A stretch of DNA of 64,000 nt, from NCBI GenBank assembly GCA_030390025.1, contig CM059431.1:138076001-138140000 (forward strand). The letters run 5' to 3'. The notes beneath the pieces are model-generated. The model did no database searches. It was not told where the DNA came from and saw only the letters and a list, made by a program, of their open reading frames with translations. This document shows, piece by piece, positions 12,600 through 23,714 of the stretch. Position 1 is the stretch's first letter, and each line of letters opens with the position of its first letter. This DNA comes from Squalus acanthias. Taxonomy: Eukaryota. The position numbers and the translations under genes were made by a program.

Positions 12600-13085
12600 C
12601 GCCAACCATCCGAAATAGTTTATCTTTATCTACTCCATCAGTTCCCCTTAATATATTGAAAACTTCTATCAAATCGCCCATTAACCTTCTAACTTCTAGG
12701 GAATCCAACCGTAGTTTGTGTAATCTCTCCTAGAAATTTAACACTTGTAGTCGATATATCATTCGAGTAAATCTACGCTTCAGTCTAAAAGGCTAATACA
12801 TACTTCCGAAGGTGTGGTGGAGAGAACTGAACAGTCTAAACAGGGGTTGTATAGCTGTAGCATAACTTCTACCCCTTTCAGTGTAGTCCTCTAGATATAA
12901 ATACCAGCATTACATTAGTCTTTTTTGATTATTTTCTGTACCTGTCCACGATAATTTAATGATATATTTGCAAGGACCCTTAATTCTCTTTCGACCTCCA
13001 CTGATTCCAGCTTTTCACCATTTAGAATATATTCTGATCTATTGTTTTTAGGTCCTAACTTGATACCTCACACTTGCCTATATTG
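12600..13085 (-). mobile_element. Old degenerate CR1 3' RT fragment
   Basis: Recognisable remnants of the KCEV.HLG, PHL.K and RGDLIEVF regions. Confidence 0.65.
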
Positions 13086-13249
13086 AAAATTGGTCAGTAC
13101 TCGTGTTCCAGCAGTAGGTTTTCCACCAGTGCTGCAAAGGTTGGGTCATCATAGAAACATAGAAACATAGAAAATAGATACAGGAGTAGACCATTCGGTC
13201 CTTCGAGCCTGCACCGCCATTCAATGCGTTCATGGCTGAACATGCTACC

Positions 13250-16186
13250 TCAGTACCCCATTCCTGCTTTCTCGCCATACCCCTTGATCCCCTTAGTTGT
13301 GAGTGTTATATCTAACTCCCTTTTGAATATATTTAGCGAACTGGCCTCAACAACCTTCTGTGGAAGAGAATTCCATAGATTCACCACTCTCTGGGTGAAG
13401 AACTTCCTCCTCAGCTCAGTCCTAAATGGCTTCCCCTTAATCCTTAGACTGTGACCCCTGGTTCTAGTTTTCCCTACCATTGGGAACATTCTGCCCGCAT
13501 CTAATTTGTCTAAACCAGTCAGGATTTTAAACGTCTCTATAAGATCCCCCCTCATTCTTCTGAACTCCAGAGGATACAAGTTCAGTTGACCCAATCTTTC
13601 TTGATATGTCAGTCCGGCCATCCCAGGAATCAATCTAGTGAACCTTCGCTGCACTCCCTCAATAGCAAGAATGTCCTTCCTTAAGTTAGGAGACCAAAAC
13701 TGCGCACAATACTCCAGGTGTGGCCTCACCAAGGCCCTGTACAACTGTAGCATCACCTCCCTACTCCTGTACTCAAATCCCCATGCTATGAAGGCCATCA
13801 TTCCGTTTGCTTTCTTGACTGCCTGCTGCACTTGCATTCCCACCTTCAGTGACTGATGTACCATGACGCCCAGGTCCCGTTGCACGTCCCCTTTCCCTAA
13901 TCTGCCACCATTCAGGTAATAGTCCGCCTCTCCATTTTTACCACCAAAGTGGATAACCTCACATTTATCCACATTGTACTTCATCTGCCATACATTTGCC
14001 CATTCACCCAACCTGTCCAAGTCACTCTGTAGCCTCCTAGCATCCTCCTCATTGTTCACACTGCCTCCCAATTTAGTGTCATCCGCAAATTTGGAGATAT
14101 TACATTTAATCCCTTCGTCCAAATCATTAATATATAATGTAAACAGCTGGGGTCCCAGCACCGAACCCTGCGGTACCCCGCTGGTCACTGCCTGCCATTC
14201 TGAAAAGTACCCATTTACTCCTACTCTTTGTTTCCTGTGTGCCAACCAGTTCTCAATCCACGTCAACACATTACCCCCAATCCCATGTGCTTTAACTTTG
14301 CTCACCAATCGCTTGTGTGGGACCTTGTCGAAGGCCTTCTGAAAGTCCAAATACACCACATCTACTGGTTCCCCCCTGTCCACCCTATTGGAAACATCCT
14401 CAAAAAATTCCAGAAGATTTGTCAAGCATGATTTCCCTTTCACAAATCCATGCTGACTTGGACCTATCATGTCGCCACTTTCCAAATGGTCTGTTATGAC
14501 ATCTTTAATAATTGCTTCCATCATTTTACCCACGACCGATGTCAGGCTGACCGGTCTATAATTCCCTGCTTTCTCCCTCCCTCCTTTTTTAAAAAGAGGG
14601 GTTACATTGGCCACCCTCCACTCCATCGGAACTGATCCAGAGTCTAAGGAATGTTGGAAAATGATCGTCAATGCATCCACTATTTCCAAGGCCACCTCCT
14701 TAAGTACTCTGGGATGCAGACCATCAGGCCCCGGGGATTTTTCAGCCTTCAGTCCCATCAATTTCCCCAATACCTTTTCCCGACTAATAAGGATTTCCCT
14801 CAGCTCCTCCCTCTTACCAGATCCTCTGACCCCTTTTATTTCCGGCAGGTTGTGTGTGTCCTCCGCAGTAAACACCGAACCAAAGTACTTGTTCAATTGA
14901 TCTGCCATTTCCTTGTTCCCCATTACGACTTCCCCTGTTTCCGACTGCAGGGGACCTACGTTTGTTTTTACTAACCTCTTTCTTTTTACATATTTATAGA
15001 AGCTTTTGCAGTCCATTTTAATGTTCTCTGCAAGCTTCCTTTCATATTTTATTTTCCCTGCCCTAATCAAACCCTTCGTCCTCCTCTGCTGAGTTTTGAA
15101 GTTCTCCCAGTCCCCGGGTTTGCTGCTACTTCTGGCCAATTTGTATGCAACTTCCTTGGTTTTAATACTATCCCTGATTTCCCTTGTTAGCCATGGTTGA
15201 GCCACCTTCCCTTTTTTATTTTTACGCCAGACCGGGATGTACAATTGTTGTAGTTCATCCATGCGATCTCTAAATGTCTGCCATTGCCCTTCCACTGATA
15301 GCCCCTTAAATATCGCTTGCCAATTTAACCTCGCCAATTCACGCCTCATACCCTCAAAGTTGCCCTTATTTAAGTTCTGGACCATGGTCTCTGACTTAAC
15401 TGTTTCCTTCTCCATCCTAATGTAGAACTCCACCATACTATGGTCACTCTTCCCCAGGGGGCCTCGTACCACAAGATTGCTGATTAGTCCCTCCTCATTA
15501 CAAAACACCCAGTCCAGGATGGCCTCCCCTCGAGTTGGTTCCTCAACATATTGGTTTAGGAAACCATCCCTTAAACACTCCAGGAAATCCTCCTCCACCG
15601 TATTGCTTCCAGTTTGAGTAGCCCAATCTATATGCATATTAAAGTCACCCATGATAACTGCCGTGCCTTTTTTGCACGCACCTCTGATTTCCTGTTTCAT
15701 ACCCTCCCCCACCTCACTACTGCTGTTTGGAGGTCTGTACACAACTCCCACTAACGTTTTCTGCCCTTTGGTGTTCTGCAGCTCAACCCATATTGATTCC
15801 ACATACTCCAAGCTGATGTCCTTCCTAGCTATTGCATTAATCTCCTCTTTAACCAGCAATGCTACCCCACCCCCTTTTCCTTTTATTCTATCCTTTCTGA
15901 ATGTTGAATACCCCTGGATGTTCAGTTCCCAGCCTTGATTGTTCTGGATCCACGTCTCTGTAATCCCAATCACATCGTATCCGTTAACATCTATTTGCAC
16001 AGTGAATTCATCCACCTTATTACGGATACTCCTTGCATTAAGACACAGAGCCTTTAGGCTTGTTTTATTAACATCCTTTGTCCTTTTAGACTTATGATTT
16101 AGTATGGCCCTTTGTGTTTCTTGCCTTTGTTTACTCGGCCTTCCCCTATTGTTTCTCACCCTTCTAACATTTGTTTCTGACTGCAT
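13250..16186 (-). CDS. CR1 ORF2: apurinic-like endonuclease plus reverse transcriptase (978 aa)
   Basis: Endonuclease motifs LNARS, ITETW, VYRPP, GDFN, SDH; RT motifs [30 protein letters not shown]; no interruption. Confidence 0.95.
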   Translation of the reverse strand: MQSETNVRRVRNNRGRPSKQRQETQRAILNHKSKRTKDVNKTSLKALCLNARSIRNKVDEFTVQIDVNGYDVIGITETWIQNNQGWELNIQGYSTFRKDRIKGKGGGVALLVKEEINAIARKDISLEYVESIWVELQNTKGQKTLVGVVYRPPNSSSEVGEGMKQEIRGACKKGTAVIMGDFNMHIDWATQTGSNTVEEDFLECLRDGFLNQYVEEPTRGEAILDWVFCNEEGLISNLVVRGPLGKSDHSMVEFYIRMEKETVKSETMVQNLNKGNFEGMRRELARLNWQAIFKGLSVEGQWQTFRDRMDELQQLYIPVWRKNKKGKVAQPWLTREIRDSIKTKEVAYKLARSSSKPGDWENFKTQQRRTKGLIRAGKIKYERKLAENIKMDCKSFYKYVKRKRLVKTNVGPLQSETGEVVMGNKEMADQLNKYFGSVFTAEDTHNLPEIKGVRGSGKREELREILISREKVLGKLMGLKAEKSPGPDGLHPRVLKEVALEIVDALTIIFQHSLDSGSVPMEWRVANVTPLFKKGGREKAGNYRPVSLTSVVGKMMEAIIKDVITDHLESGDMIGPSQHGFVKGKSCLTNLLEFFEDVSNRVDRGEPVDVVYLDFQKAFDKVPHKRLVSKVKAHGIGGNVLTWIENWLAHRKQRVGVNGYFSEWQAVTSGVPQGSVLGPQLFTLYINDLDEGIKCNISKFADDTKLGGSVNNEEDARRLQSDLDRLGEWANVWQMKYNVDKCEVIHFGGKNGEADYYLNGGRLGKGDVQRDLGVMVHQSLKVGMQVQQAVKKANGMMAFIAWGFEYRSREVMLQLYRALVRPHLEYCAQFWSPNLRKDILAIEGVQRRFTRLIPGMAGLTYQERLGQLNLYPLEFRRMRGDLIETFKILTGLDKLDAGRMFPMVGKTRTRGHSLRIKGKPFRTELRRKFFTQRVVNLWNSLPQKVVEASSLNIFKRELDITLTTKGIKGYGEKAGMGY

Positions 16187-16233
16187 ATTACTTCCCCCTG
16201 TTTCGCTACATAGGTTCCCATTCCCCTGCCATA

Positions 16234-17178
16234 TTAGTTTAAATCCTCCCGAACTGCTTTAGCAAATATTACCCCGAGGACATCGGTTCCAGTCCTGCCC
16301 AAGTGCAGACCGTCCCTTTTGTACAGGTCCCACTTCCCCCAGAACTGGTTCCAATGCCTCAGGAATTTGAATCCCTCTCTCCTGCACCACTGCTCAAGCC
16401 ACGTATTCAATCTCACTATCCTGTTCTCTCTATTCTGATTAGCACGTGGCCCTGGTAGCAATCCAGAGATTACTACCTTAGAGGTCCTACTTTTTAATTT
16501 AGCTCCTAGCTCCCTAAATTCTGCTTGTAGGACCTCTTCCCGCTTTTTTCCTATATCGTTGGTACCTACATGCACCACGACAGCTGGCTGTTCACCCTCC
16601 CTCTTCAGAATGTTCTGCAGCCGCTCCGAGACATCCTTGACCCTTGCACCAGGGAGGCAACATACCATCCTGGAATCTCGGTTGCGGCCACAGAAACTCC
16701 TGTCTATTCCCCTTACAATTGAGTCCCCTATCACTATAGCCCTACCACTCTTTTTCCCGCCCTGCTGTGCAGCAGAGCCAGCCATGGTGCCATGAACCTG
16801 GCTGCTAGTGCCTTCCCCTGGTAGGCCATCTCCCCCAACAGTATCCAAAGCGGCATACCTGTTTTGGAGGGAGATGACCACAGGGGACTCCTGCACTACC
16901 TTCCTGATATTGCCCTGCTTCTTGGTCACCCATTCACTGTCTGTCCTAGCCTTTACCTGCGGTGTGGACAACTCACTAAATGAGCGATTCACCGAGTTCT
17001 CGGCATCGTGCATGTTCCAGAGTGAGTCCACCCGCAGCTCCAGCACCGCCATGCGGGCTGTCAGGAGCTGCAGCTGGACACACTTCCCGCACACGTAGTT
17101 GTCAGGGACACTGGAAGTGTCCCTGGTTTCCCACATGGCACAGGAGGAGCATGAAACGGGTCCGAGACTTCCTGTCAT
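16234..17178 (-). CDS. CR1 ORF1: N-terminal Cys zinc-finger/coiled-coil plus SGNH esterase (314 aa)
   Basis: CSSC...CGKC, leucine heptads, GDSIVRG, HVGTND, DGLHL. Confidence 0.92.
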   Translation of the reverse strand: MTGSLGPVSCSSCAMWETRDTSSVPDNYVCGKCVQLQLLTARMAVLELRVDSLWNMHDAENSVNRSFSELSTPQVKARTDSEWVTKKQGNIRKVVQESPVVISLQNRYAALDTVGGDGLPGEGTSSQVHGTMAGSAAQQGGKKSGRAIVIGDSIVRGIDRSFCGRNRDSRMVCCLPGARVKDVSERLQNILKREGEQPAVVVHVGTNDIGKKREEVLQAEFRELGAKLKSRTSKVVISGLLPGPRANQNRENRIVRLNTWLEQWCRREGFKFLRHWNQFWGKWDLYKRDGLHLGRTGTDVLGVIFAKAVREDLN

Positions 17179-17462
17179 GACTTAACCCTTATGTTACTTT
17201 ATTACTAAAATTTAAACTTATTTATCTTAGGTCCAGGAGTTAAGTCCCTGAAAACAAAATATAAAATCGAACCTACCTTTTAAATTCCCTCTACCCCTAA
17301 AGGTTAGAGGAGGTGGGAGGGTGGGAGTCACTACTAGTGTAGTGTCTCGGGTTTAGCAACCGCTCCACCTATATACGGGTACCAATGAATTGGCCCCGCC
17401 CCCTGCCTTTGAAAAAGCCCGCGAAGCTCTTTCCCCGCTGGGGAAAAGGCCACGTAGGTGAG

Positions 17463-17772
17463 TTTAATGACTCACCTCAGGCCTCTGCCGCTCCAACCAG
17501 GTCCGCCCCTCCTTCCCCGCTGCCGACCGCTCTGTGGGAGAGAGAAAGAAAGAAAGGCTCCTCCTCCCCCACTGTCGACGCTGGTCTGAGGCCTACCTGA
17601 GCCTCGGGCCTCCCTTTAATGACTCACCTCAGGCCTCTGCCGCTCCAACCAGGTCCGCCCCTCCTTCCCCGCTGCCGACCGCTCTGTGGGAGAGAGAAAG
17701 AAAGAAAGGCTCCTCCTCCCCCGCTGTCGACGCTGGTCTGAGGCCTACCTGAGCCTCGGGCCTCCCTTTAAT
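17463..17772 (-). repeat. Two tandem 152-bp monomers forming the LINE 5'UTR
   Basis: tttaat recurs at 17463, 17615 and 17767; the two units differ at about one base. Confidence 0.95.
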
Positions 17773-17859
17773 CACCAGTAATGCAGTAGTTGTGTCCCCA
17801 ATAGTGCAACAATAGTGGGGCCTCGAACAGGAATACATTCCCTGATAGCAGCGGAAGAG

Positions 17860-18255
17860 CATTGTCACCTCTGGTGTAACTGTAGACACCCTATTACCAG
17901 AGGAACATGGTCACGTCTAGTATATGTGGAGGAGTAACACTTGTACCATAGGAGCAGGGTCACCACTGGTGTACGATTATGGAAAGACCAGTACCGGACG
18001 ACTACGTTCACCACTAGTTTAAGTGGAGGGCCACCACTAGTGCTGGAGGAGGACAATCACCTCTCCTGTAAATGTAGATTGCCACTAGCACCGTAGAAGC
18101 TCTTTCTCCACTAGTGTAAGTGCAGTGCTCCCACTAGTACAGGAGTAGTACGGTGAACTCCAGTTTAAGTGTAGGGTTTCACTACTGCAGGAACAGCACG
18201 CTCACCTCTACTCTAAGTGTAGGTTTACGACAACTACAGGAGTAACACCGTTACT
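17860..18255. repeat. Degenerate ~49-bp tandem array (~8 units) upstream of GPCR copy 1
   Basis: Reverse complement of the array at 46479-47345 (recurring ...ctagtgtaagtgtagg...cactactgcagga motifs). Confidence 0.75.
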
Positions 18256-18723
18256 TTTAATGCTGCAGAATTGGGGTCATCAACAATATTGCAAGACTTG
18301 TTTCCCGCCTGTTCTGGAGGAGTTGGAGCACTGGGACTGAGTCAAGCGCAGGGTCAGGGTTTGAAGTGCAAGGGGACCTGCCATCACTACTCCAGTGGGA
18401 AGAGAGTCAGCACATTTACCGGAGAGGTGACTGTCTGCCTCCAGCACCAGTAATGCGAGATTACAATTTCTACTTGCAAATAACGTTTTTTAAACATTTC
18501 CAATAACAATTTCAAACATTTCTCTTAATCTGACATATGACATAAAAGAAAACTTGCCTGATTCTATTTGTTAAATGACCGTAACTAATGCTAATTATGA
18601 CTTAACCTCATTGACTCGCTGGAGGATTGATTTGTGGATAAATATAGGTTCACTTCCATTGCCTCAGCCGTGCGCCAGTCAGAATCTTTTAGCTCCGACA
18701 CTATTCATCCATTCTCACAGAAA

Positions 18724-20158
18724 ATGGGGCGATCAACTATTCTTCTGATCAAAGAGATTTACTACCCGATTCTCGCAGCAGTCGGTATCCCCGGTGAGCC
18801 ATTGTAACCTGTTTGTTGTTAATCGGTGTTAATTATCTCCTTGTTCTTACTGCCTGTTGGTTAACGTAACTCGTTTTCTGGATGTCAGCATTACACAGTC
18901 AGTAGTGACTGGACCTACTAGTGAACCGCCTGTCCGCACTTCCGTGTTCTCCTTAATATGATCAAGTTAATGATGTTATAAAGCTCTTAGAAGCTCCAAC
19001 ACAAGGATTTTAGCGGACTTTCAAACCGTCTTGTCACCCCGTGCAGAGTGAGCGCTGCAGCAGCTCATTAACATGTCTGGGTGGGTTCCCCCGGTAATGG
19101 CTCCAAAACTAACTCTCTTCTCACACTGCTCCGTGTGGATAATCACACTGAATAGAGTGAAATGCTCTCCACAGGTATCTCCATATATATTTCAATCAGA
19201 CATTGCAACATTATTTATCTCCTCTCTCTTTATTACAGCAAACTTGGTGACAATGGTGATTATCTCCCGAGGAAACTGCGGCCTTTCCAAGTGTATATCT
19301 GTCTACATGGTGGCCATGGCAACAGCAGATCTACTGGTCATGATCTTCAATGTAATGGTGTATTATATCTTCAGTTATCACTTTCCACTTTCATTCCTGT
19401 TCCACACTCCCGTCTGTAAGTTCATTCTATACATCACCACTGTCAACCTCGAATTGTCTGTCTGGTTCACCGTCTCCTTCACATTTGACCGATTTGTAGT
19501 TATCTGCAGCCAGAAGTTTAAAACAAAGTATTGCACCAAGAAAACCGCGGCCGCGATTATAACTACGTTCTCTGTTCTGATCTTGTGAAATAACATCCCC
19601 TTGATGTTTGCATATAAACGTCAGCAAATAATGAACAAGGTGCAGTGGGGCTGCCGGCCAAGTGTGGCCTTCTTTACCTCACCTCCAGGTGTAGCGTACT
19701 CCTGGTTTCACACAGTCTGGCTAGTTTGGCTTCCTTTTACTTTAATCGCTTTGTGTAATTCTTTGACAGTCAGACGTATTTTAGTGGCCAGCAGAGCCCG
19801 CAGAGGACTCCGTGCTCAGAGGAGTGAGAATCAGTGTGATCCAGAGATGGAGAGCAGAAGGAAATCCATCATTTTACTCTTCGCTATATCGGGCAGTTTT
19901 ATACTGTTGTGGTTGACAGCTGTAGTGAGTTTTGCAACTACCGGACTGACAAACATCAATTATTACCGAGGCGACCGCACAAACCCAGCCTATATCGCCA
20001 CTGAAACCGGAGCCATGCTGAAGCTTTTGAGCTCCTGTATAAACCCGTGTATTTTTGCAGCTACCCAGAGGAAATTCAGAGAAGAGCTGAAGAAATTGCT
20101 GAAATCTCCCTGGACACTGATTCTAAGACTGGTTAACAATGAAAGAAATACGAACTAG
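18724..20158 (+). pseudogene. GPR139/GPR142-like class A GPCR, two exons (18724-18793, 19239-20158), one in-frame TGA at 19586-19588
   Basis: Exon 1 encodes MGRSTILLIKEIYYPILAAVGIP, followed by a GT-AG intron of 445 bp; AMATADLL (TM2), SVWFTVSFTFDRF (TM3), INPCIF (TM7); ~329 codons. Confidence 0.88.
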
Positions 20159-21319
20159 AGCTCGCTTTGGAACATTAGAATTCACTGTTAGTTCCTATTG
20201 CAACTTAGATTTGGGGTTCTCTCTCCATACATATACATCAAGATGGTTCTTGTTAAGTCTCTCAGGTACGCGACTATATATGTGCCCCCTGTGGCACTTA
20301 ACCCAACATTGACCCTGCGTTTCAACAGTTCGTTAACTGATGACCCCTGCCCAATGAGGACATTCCGCCTTTCGTATGAAAAGTGTCAGTGATGAATGAA
20401 GTTTAATAATGAAGCAGAATATTTGATCAACGTGTTTAATATGTGACAGAGCGAGGACTTTAATTTAATTCTACCGTGTAATTGACAGGAATATCCGCCA
20501 GATTTAGGATAAGATTCGGGTTTTTTGAACTCCTGGTGACCTTACTTTTTCTCACAGGTTTGCTGAAAATGTTGATTGGACTGATTGACGCTGCACCGAC
20601 CGCCTCGTCCCGTCTCCTGGGAATAAGGAGCGGTGCCGCTGTCTCATTCACAGTGTCGCGATGGTTCTCCATTTCTTTGAATGTTAACTGGCGTTGCGTC
20701 GTTTTACCTGTTTTTTCTGATGTCTCTCTTACTGAGAATTAGTTGAAGGCTTTGCAGCTACATTAAAGTAAAGCTGATATTTGCTTTTACTAATTTTGTC
20801 ACAGGGAACCTGATTGCAGTTAATCTGAATCAGCGACCTGGTTACACAGGTAACGCTCTGTAAGAATTCATAATATCTTAAATAATAGGGGCAGTTAATT
20901 CAACTATCTGCACAATGTAATAGTCAGGTATTGAGATGAAACAATCCTCTGCCTGTATTTGCACAAATACAATAATATGTAATACCCCCTGCCTTTTACC
21001 AACTGGTGTTGACCGGGTATCCCCAGTGAAAGGCGGTGTATTGGGAGCTCCGCCCGGGCCCACTGGGGACCTGGGTTTGAGAGCGTTGCTCAGTGCAAAG
21101 ACACCAGATGAATACTTGAGCCAATTACCTTACATTTTTTCCGCCCTCCTGTAATGACTCACCTGAATTTTTTTTCCAACATAAGCAGCGGTGTTTGGGT
21201 TAGTGATTGGAAGATGTGGATGAGAGGCTGCCCCTGGGATTGGTCAAATCCACCGTTCACACTGCAGGATGTGTAAGATCAGCAGAGGGGATGCCACGGA
21301 CTGCTTCCACTCTCCTTCA

Positions 21320-21360
21320 ATATACCCGGTTACACATAGAATATGTGTAACCGGGTATAT
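21320..21360. repeat. Perfect 19-bp inverted repeat with 3-nt GAA loop
   Basis: atatacccggttacacata-gaa-tatgtgtaaccgggtatat. Confidence 0.97.
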
Positions 21361-23474
21361 AGTGTCCACTCGATGTTTAAACGCCTTCTGTGATTGATAG
21401 GCATCACATATATAGGTTATTCTGTTGTTTCAAATTTCTTTCGAAATTTATTTGCTGGAATGTGTTTTATTTTTCATAGAAGGTTTGTGCGCTTTCTCCC
21501 AACTACTGATGCCTGCAAATCTCTGCATGGCGTTATTTTGCGCCCAGTTGGGCATTTGCAGATGGTTATACAACATGCCCGATATTCAGCTCTCGTGACG
21601 TCAATGCACCTGAATATTGGGCTCAGTGTATAACAGGTGATCGATGCGAGACCGATCGTTTCGTGTCCCCCGCCCATGTCCAATGTTGTCCTATTTGGTG
21701 ATTTATCTTATTGTTTTTTGTGGGATCTTGCTGTTCGCAAATTGGCTTAGGAATTTCCTGACATTACTGCAGTGACTATACTTTAAAAGTATTTTATTCG
21801 CTTTGAGGCGCGTAAGGACGTCCTGAGGCCTTGAAAGGCGTTATATAAATACAAGGGGTGGAAACTCAACTTGGGGATAAGCAAAATCACATCGCTTCCT
21901 GTTATAGGCACCGTCCAATATTCAGTTCCATAGCAGCGTGTAACAGTCGAGCGATATGACGCCGTCGGTTTGGCCACTCCTCCCATGATTAATTTCACCC
22001 CAAGTTCTTTATTTTCATCCAATCCTCCAGGATTAGTTGTAAAGAACATTTCAGCGACCCCAATTTAAGCTGTTTTAAACACAAGTTGTAAAGTTACTTA
22101 TCGATCCATTTGGGTTTAATGGAAACTGAATATCCTGAAGCTAAACTTATTTTCAATTTCGGTCTGGACGGAAATCTATCTGGAGCGGACTGTCCGCCAG
22201 TCATACACAGCGCCGAATTCCCCTCCATTGACTCTGATGAAAAAGACAATTGGGCGGTGTGCAAAATATCCCACCGGCATTTTACACGCATCGAGGTTGG
22301 AATGTTCACATGAACCTGTGGCTTATTCGGCAGAATTAACTGAAACGGAGGGAAGTTCAGTAGATACGGAGTTATTATCTTATTCCATTTGTTCCGAATA
22401 CTAATTGATAAAGTGCCTACACTGGTGAAGAAGCCCTCGAATGTTTCAAGATTCTGCTATCAGAGTCAGCTGGGCAGTGGCAGCATTTCGATTGTGGTTC
22501 AGATTTGAGTTCCTGTAGATGAAACCGACTCTAATAAATTCTTACACACAGCAACAGATTTAAATGTTTGCTGTAAATCTATTGCATAATGAGGTAGAAA
22601 GAAAGACTGGAATTGTTGGGGTGTAACTGGCGCGAGGTTCCCCGTTGTGTATCTATAAGTCGCAACACGATGATCACGTTGGATGTGTTTGTATAACAGT
22701 GCAGAGAGTTCTGTGGTTGTAGACAGTTAGTGGAGGATTATAGAGCTCCGTCCTGCATCTGACGGCAGCACTTAGCGTTGGAATCTGCTTGTTCCATTCA
22801 ATGTTAGAGGAATCTAAAGAGATCTTAACCTTGGCCGGAATTAATACATTTTACGTTAGATTAAAGGTACAAATCAATGTACAGAGCCGATGTCCACAAT
22901 CAAATGATCTCGAAAAAATGGTACGCAGAAATATTAGCAATGTATTTTTATCCTTGAAATACAAAAAATAAAACAAAACTGCTGAACAAACAAACTGCAG
23001 GGAGTGAAAGATTTAGAAGGTACTGAATATAATTCGTGTCACGTCACAGAATCGCCTGAGCGTTGCACCCATTGGCTGTTAGTGTCAGAAGTGTGGCGAA
23101 CCAGATTCAACTTTGAAAGTCCCCCTTTGTCATCATGAGCCCCGACTCCAGACTGTGGCGCTCTTCACAATGGGCCGCAGGAAGTGAGGTCACAGCCTGA
23201 TTGTCTTAGAACAGGAAATGCCGCCGCCGATCAGTGTCTGTGTCAGAATGCGTCGGCTTTCTCAGTGACCAGATGTCAGTTTTCTCAGTCCCGGAATTCC
23301 GCCGGAGAACCAATTTCGGGGAGTAAAACCCAACACCAAGTCCGTCAGCCCCAGGATATCAGTTCACTCTGCAACTCTACAAGCAAAGAACACGAGAATT
23401 GAATCAATTGTCATTGGGCAATGCAAATCGGACAGTAGTTCTATAATGCCTAAAGTGCCATATAACAAACTAGA

Positions 23475-23572
23475 TTTCATTTAATGTAATTAATTTAACA
23501 TCGTTTAATTTAATTTATTTCAATTTAATTTAATGTACTCTCGTTTAATTTAATTTAATGTTATTTCATTTT
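23475..23572. repeat. AT-rich (ATTTA)n-like low-complexity repeat
   Basis: Repeated tttaatttaa units. Confidence 0.75.
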
Positions 23573-23714
23573 CAAACTCTCTTTAAGCTGCCATTGTGAT
23601 TTCTGTCACTGTTGTATTTAAATGCTGCAACTTACATTGATAACAACAGTGGATATTCCTGAGACATGTTGGAACGCTAGGGCGCTTCACGTGTCCATGA
23701 TAATCACGTGTCCA

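Larger units (their letters stand above)
13152..17770 (-). mobile_element. Full-length, apparently intact CR1/HER1-type LINE
   Basis: Two open ORFs, GC-rich repeated 5'UTR, (TTTCTATG)n tail, TSD atca at 13148-13151 / 17771-17774. Confidence 0.96.

Noticed and set aside
13638..17098. Numerous antisense ORFs over LINE and Gypsy coding regions
   Set aside because: Shadow ORFs that recur opposite each RT copy, with no independent evidence
19073..19238. N-terminal part of the 171-aa ORF as the GPCR start
   Set aside because: It lies in the intron; a proper exon 1 and splice sites are conserved in both paralogs
19586..19588. Selenocysteine codon
   Set aside because: It aligns to Leu, not Cys, in the paralog, and no SECIS was recognised
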